Positions 14,041 through 25,800 of a stretch of DNA of 55,426 nt are shown here, piece by piece. Position 1 is the first letter of the stretch. Each line of letters begins with the position of its first letter. The notes below the pieces were generated by a model. That model made no database searches, was not told the DNA's origin, and worked only from the letters and a program-made list of their open reading frames with translations. The DNA lies in NCBI GenBank assembly GCA_032718475.1, contig JAUCBJ010009065.1:1-55426 (forward strand). The letters are read 5' to 3'. The translations under genes and the position numbers were made by a program. This stretch comes from Nemertoderma westbladi. Taxonomy: Eukaryota; Animalia; Xenacoelomorpha.

Positions 14041-14145
14041 CAATAAATGTAAGTCAATAAATGTAAGTCAATAAATGTAAGTCAATAAATGTAAGTCAAT
14101 AAATGTAAGTCAATAAATGTAAGTCAATAAATGTAAGTCAATAAA
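14041..14145 (+). repeat. 14-bp minisatellite (caataaatgtaagt) x7.5
   Basis: Seven perfect copies plus a partial one, read directly. Confidence 0.97.
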
Positions 14146-14224
14146 GTTACGCAATGAGGTGAGCCACAACAGGTGAAGTCTTGGATTCACACTACAAGAA
14201 CAGATATTCCGCTCCTACACACTC

Positions 14225-14328
14225 ACAGAACAGATTATGCGGATGAAATCGCCCGTTTTTCTAATGCGCTAGCTGATGCAAAACTTCTAATGAACAAAGT
14301 GGAAAGGGCTGCTAAGGATATTGGATTA
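14225..14328 (+). pseudogene. Short RTE-type reverse transcriptase fragment
   Basis: TDYADEIARFSNALADAKLLMNKVERAAKDIGL aligns by eye with TDFADDIALLSNTLADAQRLLNKVEKAA of the RTE at 51935-52297. Confidence 0.8.
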
Positions 14329-14329
14329 A

Positions 14330-17300
14330 TAGGGACAACTACATGGGATCTAACATACTTTTATTTGCATCCACATTCTTTCCTTCTTTCTGTTTATAGG
14401 GACAACTACATGGGATCTAACATACNNNNNNNNNNNNNNNNNNNNNNNNNNNNNNNNNNNNNNNNNNNNNNNNNNNNNNNNNNNNNNNNNNNNNNNNNNN
14501 NNNNNNNNNNNNNNNNNNNNNNNNNTATAGGGACAACTACATGGGATCTAACATACTTCTATTTGCATCCACATTCTGTCCTTCTTTCTGTTTATAGGGA
14601 CACCTACATGGGATCTAACATACTTTTATTTGCATCCACATTCTGTCCTTCTTTCTGTTTATAGGGACACCTACATGGGATCTAACATACTTCTATTTGC
14701 ATCCACATTCTGTCCTTCTTTCTGTTTATAAGGACACCTACATGGGATCTAACATACTTCTATTTGCATCCACATTCTGTCCTTCTTTCTGTTTATAGGG
14801 ACACCTACATGGGATCTAACATACTTCTATTTGCATCCACATTCTGTCCTTCTTTCTGTTTATAGGGACACCTACATGGGATCTAACATACTTCTATTTG
14901 CATCCACATTCTGTCCTTCTTTCTGTTTATAGGGACACCTACATGGGATCTAACATACTTCTATTTGCATCCACATTCTGTCCTTCTTTCTGTTTATAGG
15001 GACACCTACATGGGATCTAACATACTTCTATTTGCATCCACATTCTGTCCTTCTTTCTGTTTATAGGGACAACTACATGGGATCTAACATACTTCTATTT
15101 GCATCCACATTCTGTCCTTCTTTCTGTTTATAGGGACACCTACATGGGATCTAACATACTTCTATTTGCATCCACATTCTGTCCTTCTTTCTGTTTATAG
15201 GGACAACTACATGGGATCTAACATACTTTTATTTGCATCCACATTCTGTCCTTCTTTCTGTTTATAGGGACACCTACATGGGATCTAACATACTTCTATT
15301 TGCATCCACATTCTGTCCTTCTTTCTGTTTATAGGGACACCTACATGGGATCTAACATACTTCTATTTGCATCCACATTCTGTCCTTCTTTCTGTTTATA
15401 GGGACACCTACATGGGATCTAACATACTTCTATTTGCATCCACATTCTGTCCTTCTTTCTGTTTATAGGGACACCTACATGGGATCTAACATACTTCTAT
15501 TTGCATCCACATTCTGTCCTTCTTTCTGTTTATAAGGACACCTACATGGGATCTAACATACTTCTATTTGCATCCACATTCTGTCCTTCTTTCTGTTTAT
15601 AGGGACACCTACATGGGATCTAACATACTTCTATTTGCATCCACATTCTGTCCTTCTTTCTGTTTATAGGGACACCTACATGGGATCTAACATACTTCTA
15701 TTTGCATCCACATTCTGTCCTTCTTTCTGTTTATAGGGACACCTACATGGGATCTAACATACTTCTATTTGCATCCACATTCTGTCCTCTTTCTGTTTAT
15801 AAGGACACCTACATGGGATCTAACATACTTCTATTTGCATCCACATTCTGTCCTTCTTTCTGTTTATAGGGACACCTACATGGGATCTAACATACTTCTA
15901 TTTGCATCCACATTCTGTCCTTCTTTCTGTTTATAGGGACACCTACATGGGATCTAACATACTTCTATTTGCATCCACATTCTGTCCTTCTTTCTGTTTA
16001 TAGGGACACCTACATGGGATCTAACATACTTCTATTTGCATCCACATTCTGTCCTTCTTTCTGTTTATAGGGACACCTACATGGGATCTAACATACTTCT
16101 ATTTGCATCCACATTCTGTCCTTCTTTCTGTTTATAGGGACACCTACATGGGATCTAACATACTTCTATTTGCATCCACATTCTGTCCTTCTTTCTGTTT
16201 ATAGGGACACCTACATGGGATCTAACATACTTCTATTTGCATCCACATTCTGTCCTTCTTTCTGTTTATAGGGACACCTACATGGGATCTAACATACTTC
16301 TATTTGCATCCACATTCTGTCCTTCTTTCTGTTTATAGGGACACCTACATGGGATCTAACATACTTCTATTTGCATCCACATTCTGTCCTTCTTTCTGTT
16401 TATAGGGACACCTACATGGGATCTAACATACTTCTATTTGCATCCACATTCTGTCCTTCTTTCTGTTTATAGGGACACCTACATGGGATCTAACATACTT
16501 CTATTTGCATCCACATTCTGTCCTTCTTTCTGTTTATAGGGACACCTACATGGGATCTAACATACTTCTATTTGCATCCACATTCTGTCCTTCTTTCTGT
16601 TTATAGGGACACCTACATGGGATCTAACATACTTCTATTTGCATCCACATTCTGTCCTTCTTTCTGTTTATAGGGACACCTACATGGGATCTAACATACT
16701 TCTATTTGCATCCACATTCTGTCCTTCTTTCTGTTTATAGGGACACCTACATGGGATCTAACATACTTCTATTTGCATCCACATTCTGTCCTTCTTTCTG
16801 TTTATAGGGACACCTACATGGGATCTAACATACTTCTATTTGCATCCACATTCTGTCCTTCTTTCTGTTTATAGGGACACCTACATGGGATCTAACATAC
16901 TTCTATTTGCATCCACATTCTGTCCTTCTTTCTGTTTATAGGGACACCTACATGGGATCTAACATACTTCTATTTGCATCCACATTCTGTCCTTCTTTCT
17001 GTTTATAGGGACACCTACATGGGATCTAACATACTTCTATTTGCATCCACATTCTGTCCTTCTTTCTGTTTATAGGGACACCTACATGGGATCTAACATA
17101 CTTCTATTTGCATCCACATTCTGTCCTTCTTTCTGTTTATAGGGACACCTACATGGGATCTAACATACTTCTATTTGCATCCACATTCTGTCCTTCTTTC
17201 TGTTTATAGGGACACCTACATGGGATCTAACATACTTCTATTTGCATCCACATTCTGTCCTTCTTTCTGTTTATAGGGACACCTACATGGGATCTAACAT

Positions 17301-20300
17301 ACTTCTATTTGCATCCACATTCTGTCCTTCTTTCTGTTTATAGGGACAACTACATGGGATCTAACATACTTCTATTTGCATCCACATTCTGTCCTTCTTT
17401 CTGTTTATAGGGACACCTACATGGGATCTAACATACTTCTATTTGCATCCACATTCTGTCCTTCTTTCTGTTTATAGGGACAACTACATGGGATCTAACA
17501 TACTTCTATTTGCATCCACATTCTGTCCTTCTTTCTGTTTATAGGGACACCTACATGGGATCTAACATACTTCTATTTGCATCCACATTCTGTCCTTCTT
17601 TCTGTTTATAGGGACACCTACATGGGATCTAACATACTTCTATTTGCATCCACATTCTGTCCTTCTTTCTGTTTATAGGGACACCTACATGGGATCTAAC
17701 ATACTTCTATTTGCATCCACATTCTGTCCTTCTTTCTGTTTATAGGGACACCTACATGGGATCTAACATACTTCTATTTGCATCCACATTCTGTCCTTCT
17801 TTCTGTTTATAGGGACACCTACATGGGATCTAACATACTTCTATTTGCATCCACATTCTGTCCTTCTTTCTGTTTATAGGGACACCTACATGGGATCTAA
17901 CATACTTTTATTTGCATCCACATTCTGTCCTTCTTTCTGTTTATAGGGACACCTACATGGGATCTAACATACTTCTATTTGCATCCACATTCTGTCCTTC
18001 TTTCTGTTTATAGGGACAACTACATGGGATCTAACATACTTTTATTTGCATCCACATTCTGTCCTTCTTTCTGTTTATAGGGACACCTACATGGGATCTA
18101 ACATACTTCTATTTGCATCCACATTCTGTCCTTCTTTCTGTTTATAAGGACACCTACATGGGATCTAACATACTTCTATTTGCATCCACATTCTGTCCTT
18201 CTTTCTGTTTATAGGGACACCTACATGGGATCTAACATACTTTTATTTGCATCCACATTCTGTCCTTCTTTCTGTTTATAAGGACACCTACATGGGATCT
18301 AACATACTTCTATTTGCATCCACATTCTGTCCTTCTTTCTGTTTATAGGGACACCTACATGGGATCTAACATACTTTTATTTGCATCCACATTCTGTCCT
18401 TCTTTCTGTTTATAAGGACACCTACATGGGATCTAACATACTTTTATTTGCATCCACATTCTGTCCTTCTTTCTGTTTATAGGGACACCTACATGGGATC
18501 TAACATACTTCTATTTGCATCCACATTCTGTCCTTCTTTCTGTTTATAAGGACACCTACATGGGATCTAACATACTTCTATTTGCATCCACATTCTGTCC
18601 TTCTTTCTGTTTATAGGGACACCTACATGGGATCTAACATACTTCTATTTGCATCCACATTCTGTCCTTCTTTCTGTTTATAAGGACACCTACATGGGAT
18701 CTAACATACTTCTATTTGCATCCACATTCTGTCCTTCTTTCTGTTTATAAGGACACCTACATGGGATCTAACATACTTCTATTTGCATCCACATTCTGTC
18801 CTTCTTTCTGTTTATAGGGACACCTACATGGGATCTAACATACTTCTATTTGCATCCACATTCTGTCCTTCTTTCTGTTTATAGGGACACCTACATGGGA
18901 TCTAACATACTTCTATTTGCATCCACATTCTGTCCTTCTTTCTGTTTATAGGGACACCTACATGGGATCTAACATACTTCTATTTGCATCCACATTCTGT
19001 CCTTCTTTCTGTTTATAGGGACAACTACATGGGATCTAACATACTTATATTTGCATCCACATTCTGTCCTTCTTTCTGTTTATAGGGACACCTACATGGG
19101 ATCTAACATACTTCTATTTGCATCCACATTCTGTCCTTCTTTCTGTTTATAGGGACAACTACATGGGATCTAACATACTTCTATTTGCATCCACATTCTG
19201 TCCTTCTTTCTGTTTATAGGGACACCTACATGGGATCTAACATACTTCTATTTGCATCCACATTCTGTCCTTCTTTCTGTTTATAGGGACAACTACATGG
19301 GATCTAACATACTTCTATTTGCATCCACATTCTGTCCTTCTTTCTGTTTATAAGGACACCTACATGGGATCTAACATACTTCTATTTGCATCCACATTCT
19401 GTCCTCTTTCTGTTTATAAGGACACCTACATGGGATCTAACATACTTCTATTTGCATCCACATTCTGTCCTTCTTTCTGTTTATAGGGACACCTACATGG
19501 GATCTAACATACTTCTATTTGCATCCACATTCTGTCCTTCTTTCTGTTTATAGGGACAACTACATGGGATCTAACATACTTATATTTGCATCCACATTCT
19601 GTCCTTCTTTCTGTTTATAGGGACACCTATATGGGATCTAACATACTTCTATTTGCATCCACATTCTGTCCTTCTTTCTGTTTATAGGGACAACTACATG
19701 GGATCTAACATACTTCTATTTGCATCCACATTCTGTCCTTCTTTCTGTTTATAGCGACACCTACATGGGATCTAACATACTTCTATTTGCATCCACATTC
19801 TGTCCTTCTTTCTGTTTATAGGGACAACTACATGGGATCTAACATACTTCTATTTGCATCCACATTCTGTCCTTCTTTCTGTTTATAGGGACACCTACAT
19901 GGGATCTAACATACTTCTATTTGCATCCACATTCTGTCCTTCTTTCTGTTTATAGGGACAACTACATGGGATCTAACATACTTATATTTGCATCCACATT
20001 CTGTCCTTCTTTCTGTTTATAGGGACACCTATATGGGATCTAACATACTTCTATTTGCATCCACATTCTGTCCTTCTTTCTGTTTATAGGGACAACTACA
20101 TGGGATCTAACATACTTCTATTTGCATCCACATTCTGTCCTTCTTTCTGTTTATAGGGACAACTACATGGGATCTAACATACTTCTATTTGCATCCACAT
20201 TCTGTCCTTCTTTCTGTTTATAGGGACACCTACATGGGATCTAACATACTTCTATTTGCATCCACATTCTGTCCTTCTTTCTGTTTATAGGGACAACTAC

Positions 20301-22733
20301 ATGGGATCTAACATACTTCTTTTTGCATCCACATTCTGTCCTTCTTTCTGTTTATAGGGACACCTACATGGGATCTAACATACTTCTATTTGCATCCACA
20401 TTCTGTCCTTCTTTCTGTTTATAGGGACACCTACATGGGATCTAACATACTTCTATTTGCATCCACATTCTGTCCTTCTTTCTGTTTATAGGGACAACTA
20501 CATGGGATCTAACATACTTTTATTTGCATCCACATTCTGTCCTTCTTTCTGTTTATAAGGACACCTACATGGGATCTAACATACTTTTATTTGCATCCAC
20601 ATTCTGTCCTTCTTTCTGTTTATAGGGACACCTATATGGGATCTAACATACTTCTATTTGCATCCACATTCTGTTCTTCTTTCTGTTTATAAGGACACCT
20701 ACATGGGATCTAACATACTTTTATTTGCATCCACATTCTGTCCTTCTTTCTGTTTATAGGGACACCTACATGGGATCTAACATACTTTTATTTGCATCCA
20801 CATTCTGTCCTTCTTTCTGTTTATAGGGACACCTACATGGGATCTAACATACTTCTATTTGCATCCACATTCTGTCCTTCTTTCTGTTTATAGGGACATC
20901 TACATGGGATCTAACATACTTTTATTTGCATCCACATTCTGTCCTTCTTTCTGTTTATAGGGACACCTACATGGGATCTAACATACTTTTATTTGCATCC
21001 ACATTCTGTCCTTCTTTCTGTTTATAGGGACAACTACATGGGATCTAACATACTTCTATTTGCATCCACATTCTGTCCTTCTTTCTGTTTATAGGGACAC
21101 CTACATGGGATCTAACATACTTCTATTTGCATCCACATTCTGTCCTTCTTTCTGTTTATAGGGACACCTACATGGGATCTAACATACTTTTATTTGCATC
21201 CACATTCTGTCCTTCTTTCTGTTTATAGGGACAACTACATGGGATCTAACATACTTCTATTTGCATCCACATTCTGTCCTTCTTTCTGTTTATAGGGACA
21301 CCTACATGGGATCTAACATACTTTTATTTGCATCCACATTCTGTCCTTCTTTCTGTTTATAGGGACAACTACATGGGATCTAACATACTTTTATTTGCAT
21401 CCACATTCTGTCCTTCTTTCTGTTTATAAGGACACCTACATGGGATCTAACATACTTCTATTTGCATCCACATTCTGTCCTTCTTTCTGTTTATAGGGAC
21501 ACCTACATGGGATCTAACATACTTCTATTTGCATCCACATTCTGTCCTTCTTTCTGTTTATAGGGACACCTACATGGGATCTAACATACTTCTATTTGCA
21601 TCCACATTCTGTCCTTCTTTCTGTTTATAGGGACAACTACATGGGATCTAACATACTTCTATTTGCATCCACATTCTGTCCTTCTTTCTGTTTATAGGGA
21701 CACCTACATGGGATCTAACATACTTCTATTTGCATCCACATTCTGTCCTTCTTTCTGTTTATAGGGACAACTACATGGGATCTAACATACTTTTATTTGC
21801 ATCCACATTCTGTCCTTCTTTCTGTTTATAAGGACACCTACATGGGATCTAACATACTTTTATTTGCATCCACATTCTGTCCTTCTTTCTGTTTATAAGG
21901 ACACCTACATGGGATCTAACATACTTCTATTTGCATCCACATTCCGTCCTTCTTTCTGTTTATAGGGACACCTACATGGGATCTAACATACTTTTATTTG
22001 CATCCACATTCTGTCCTTCTTTCTGTTTATAAGGACACCTACATGGGATCTAACATACTTTTATTTGCATCCACATTCTGTCCTTATTTCTGTTTATAGG
22101 GACACCTACATGGGATCTAACATACTTTTATTTGCATCCACATTCTGTCCTTCTTTCTGTTTATAAGGACACCTACATGGGATCTAACATACTTCTATTT
22201 GCATCCACATTCTGTCCTTCTTTCTGTTTATAAGGACACCTACATGGGATCTAACATACTTCTATTTGCATCCACATTCTGTCCTTCTTTCTGTTTATAG
22301 GGACAACTACATGGGATCTAACATACTTCTATTTGCATCCACATTCTGTCCTTCTTTCTGTTTATAGGGACACCTACATGGGATCTAACATACTTTTATT
22401 TGCATCCACATTCTGTCCTTCTTTCTGTTTATAAGGACACCTACATGGGATCTAACATACTTCTATTTGCATCCACATACTGTCCTTCTTTCTGTTTATA
22501 GGGACACCTACATGGGATCTAACATACTTCTATTTGCATCCACATTCTGTCCTTCTTTCTGTTTGTAGGGACACCTACATGGGATCTAACATACTTCTAT
22601 TTGCATCCACATTCTGTCCTTCTTTCTGTTTATAAGGACACCTACATGGGATCTAACATACTTCTATTTGCATCCACATTCTCTCCTTCTTTCTGTTTAT
22701 AGGGACAACTACATGGGATCTAACATACTTTTA
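14330..22733 (+). repeat. 67-bp tandem array (about 124 or more copies) made of the 3' splice site plus the first ~31 nt of exon C
   Basis: Unit tttgcatccacattctgtccttctttctgtttatag|ggacacctacatgggatctaacatacttcta. The last copy continues into the real exon. The array contains an N gap, so its true length is uncertain. Confidence 0.99.
14426..14525. other. Assembly gap (100 N)
   Basis: Run of n inside the 67-bp array. Confidence 1.
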
Positions 22734-22834
22734 CACGAGTTCGCCCACGGAATACATCTTATCTCGGTTTTTGGAATCGATCCAGATTTCTTCGATGAGA
22801 TTCATGCCCATTTCGAAACTATCAAAGATATATG
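22703..22834 (+). CDS. Exon C, the catalytic exon with the HEXXH zinc-binding motif
   Basis: gtttatag|G GAC AAC ... GAT ATA TG|gtacgt, phases 2/2, matching both neighbouring exons. Translates to GDNYMGSNILLHEFAHGIHLISVFGIDPDFFDEIHAHFETIKDIW. Confidence 0.93.
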
Positions 22835-25800
22835 GTACGTTTATGGTATGTGGTATATGGTACGTTTATGGTATATGGTACGTTTATGGTATATGGTACG
22901 TTTATGGTATATGGTACGTTTATGGTATGTGGTATATAGTACGTTTATGGTATATGGTACGTTTATGGTATGTGGTATATGGTACGTTTATGGTATATGG
23001 TACGTTTATGGTTTATGGTTTATGGTAAATGGTACGTTTATGGTATATGGTATATGGTACGTTTATGGTTTATGGTATAGGGTACGTTTATGGTATATGG
23101 TATATGGTACGTTTATGGTTTATGGTAAATGGTACGTTTATGGTATATGGTACGTTTATGGTTTATGGTACGTTTATGGTTTATGGTATATGGTATATGG
23201 TACGTTTATGGTATATGGTATATGGTACGTTTATGGTATATGATATATGGTACGTTTATGGTATATGGTACGTTTATGGTATATGGTACGTTTATGGTAT
23301 ATGGTATATGGTACATTTATGGTATATGGTACGTTTATGATATGTGGTATATGGTACGTTTATGGTATATGGTACGTTTATGGTATATGGTATATAGTAC
23401 GTTTATGGTATATGGTATATGGTACATTTATGGTATATGGTACGTTTATGGTATATGGTACGTTTATGGTATATGGTACGTTTATGGTATATGGTACGTT
23501 TATGGTATATGGTACGTTTATGGTATATGGCACGTTTATGGTATATGGTACGTTTATGTTATATGGTACGTTTATGGTATATGGTATGTTTATGGTATAT
23601 GGTACGTTTATGGTATATGGTACGTTTATGGTATATGGTACTTTTATGGTATATGGTATATATGTACGTTTTTGGTATATGGTATATGGTACGTTTATGG
23701 TATATGGTATATGGTACGTTTATGGTATATGGTATGTTTATGGTATATGGTACGTTTATGGTATATGGTACGTTTATGGTATATGGTACGTTTATGGTAT
23801 ATGGTACGTTTATGGTATATGGTACGTTTATGGTATATGGTACGTTTATGGTATATGGTACGTTTATGGTAAATGGTACGTTTATGGTATATGGTACGTT
23901 TATGGTATATGGTACGTTTATGGTATATGGTACGTTTATGGTATATGGTACGTTTATGGTATATGGTACGTTTATGTTATATGGTACGTTTATGGTATAT
24001 GGTACGTTTATGGTATATGGTACTTTTACGTTATATGGTATATGGTACGTTAATGGTATATGGTATATGGTACGTTAATGGTATATGGTATATTGAACGT
24101 TTATGGTATATGGTACGTTTATGGTATATGGTACGTTTATGGTATATGGTACGTTTATGGTATATGGTACGTTTATGGTATATGGTACGTTTATGGTATA
24201 TGGTACGTTTATGGTATATGGTACGTTTATGGTATATGGTATATGTTACGTTTATGGTATATGTTACGTTTATGGTATATGGTATATGGTACGTTTATGG
24301 TATATGGTACGTTTATGGTATATGGTACGTTTATGGTATATGGTACGTTTATGGTATATGGTACGTTTATGGTATATGGTACGTTTATGGTATATGGTAC
24401 GTTTATGGTATATGGTACGTTTATGGTATATGGTACGTTTAAGGTATATTTTACGTTCATGGCATATGGTATATGGTACGTTTATGGTATATGTTACGTT
24501 TATGGTATATGTTACGTTTATGGGATATGGTACGTTTATGGTATATGGTACGTTTATGGTATATGGTACGTTTATGGTATATGGTACGTTTATGGTATGG
24601 TATATGGTACTTTTATGGTATATGGTATATGGTACGTTTATGGTATATGTTACGTTTATGGTATATGGTACGTTTATGGTATATGTTACGTTTATGGTAT
24701 ATGGTACGTTTATGGTATATGGCCGTTTATGGTATATGGTACGTTTATGGTATATGGTACTTTTATGGTATATGGTACGTTTATGGTATATGTTACGTTT
24801 ATGGTATATGGTACGTTTATGGTATATGTTACGTTTGTGGTATATGGTACGTTTATGGTATATGGTACGTTTATGGTATATGGTACGTTTATGGTATATG
24901 GTACGTTTATGGTATGGTATATGGTACGTTTATGGTATATGGTACTTTTATGCTATATGGTATATGGTACGTTTATGGTATATTTTACGTTCATGGCATA
25001 TGGTATATGTTACGTTTATGGTATATGTTACGTTTATGGTATATGGTACGTTTATGGTATATGGTACGTTTATGGTATATGGTACGTTTATGGTATATGG
25101 TACGTTTATGGTATATTTTACGTTCATGGCATATGGTATATGTTACGTTTATGGTATATGGTACGTTTATGGTATATGGTACGTTTATGGTATATGGTAC
25201 GTTTATGGTATATGGTACGTTTATGGTATGGTATATGGTACTTTTATGGTATATGGTATATGGTACGTTTATGGTATATGTTACGTTTATGGTATATGGT
25301 ACGTTTATGGTATATGTTACGTTTATGGTATATGGTACGTTTATGGTATATGGCCGTTTATGGTATATGGTACGTTTATGGTATATGGTACTTTTATGGT
25401 ATATGGTACGTTTATGGTATATGTTACGTTTATGGTATATGGTACGTTTATGGTATATGTTACGTTTGTGGTATATGGTACGTTTATGGTATATGGTACG
25501 TTTATGGTATATGGTACGTTTATGGTATATGGTACGTTTATGGTATGGTATATGGTACGTTTATGGTATATGGTACTTTTATGCTATATGGTATATGGTA
25601 CGTTTATGGTATATTTTACGTTCATGGCATATGGTATATGTTACGTTTATGGTATATGTTACGTTTATGGTATATGGTACGTTTATGGTATATGGTACGT
25701 TTATGGTATATGGTACGTTTATGGTATATGGTACGTTTATGGTATATTTTACGTTCATGGCATATGGTATATGTTACGTTTATGGTATATGGTACGTTTA

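Noticed and set aside
14173-14664. 163-aa ORF
   Set aside because: A chimera of an RT fragment, repeat units and an N gap.
14330-22702. Array of mutually exclusive exons (Dscam-like) or recursive splice sites
   Set aside because: The units lack donor sites, are nearly identical, and have AG|G rather than AG|GT junctions.
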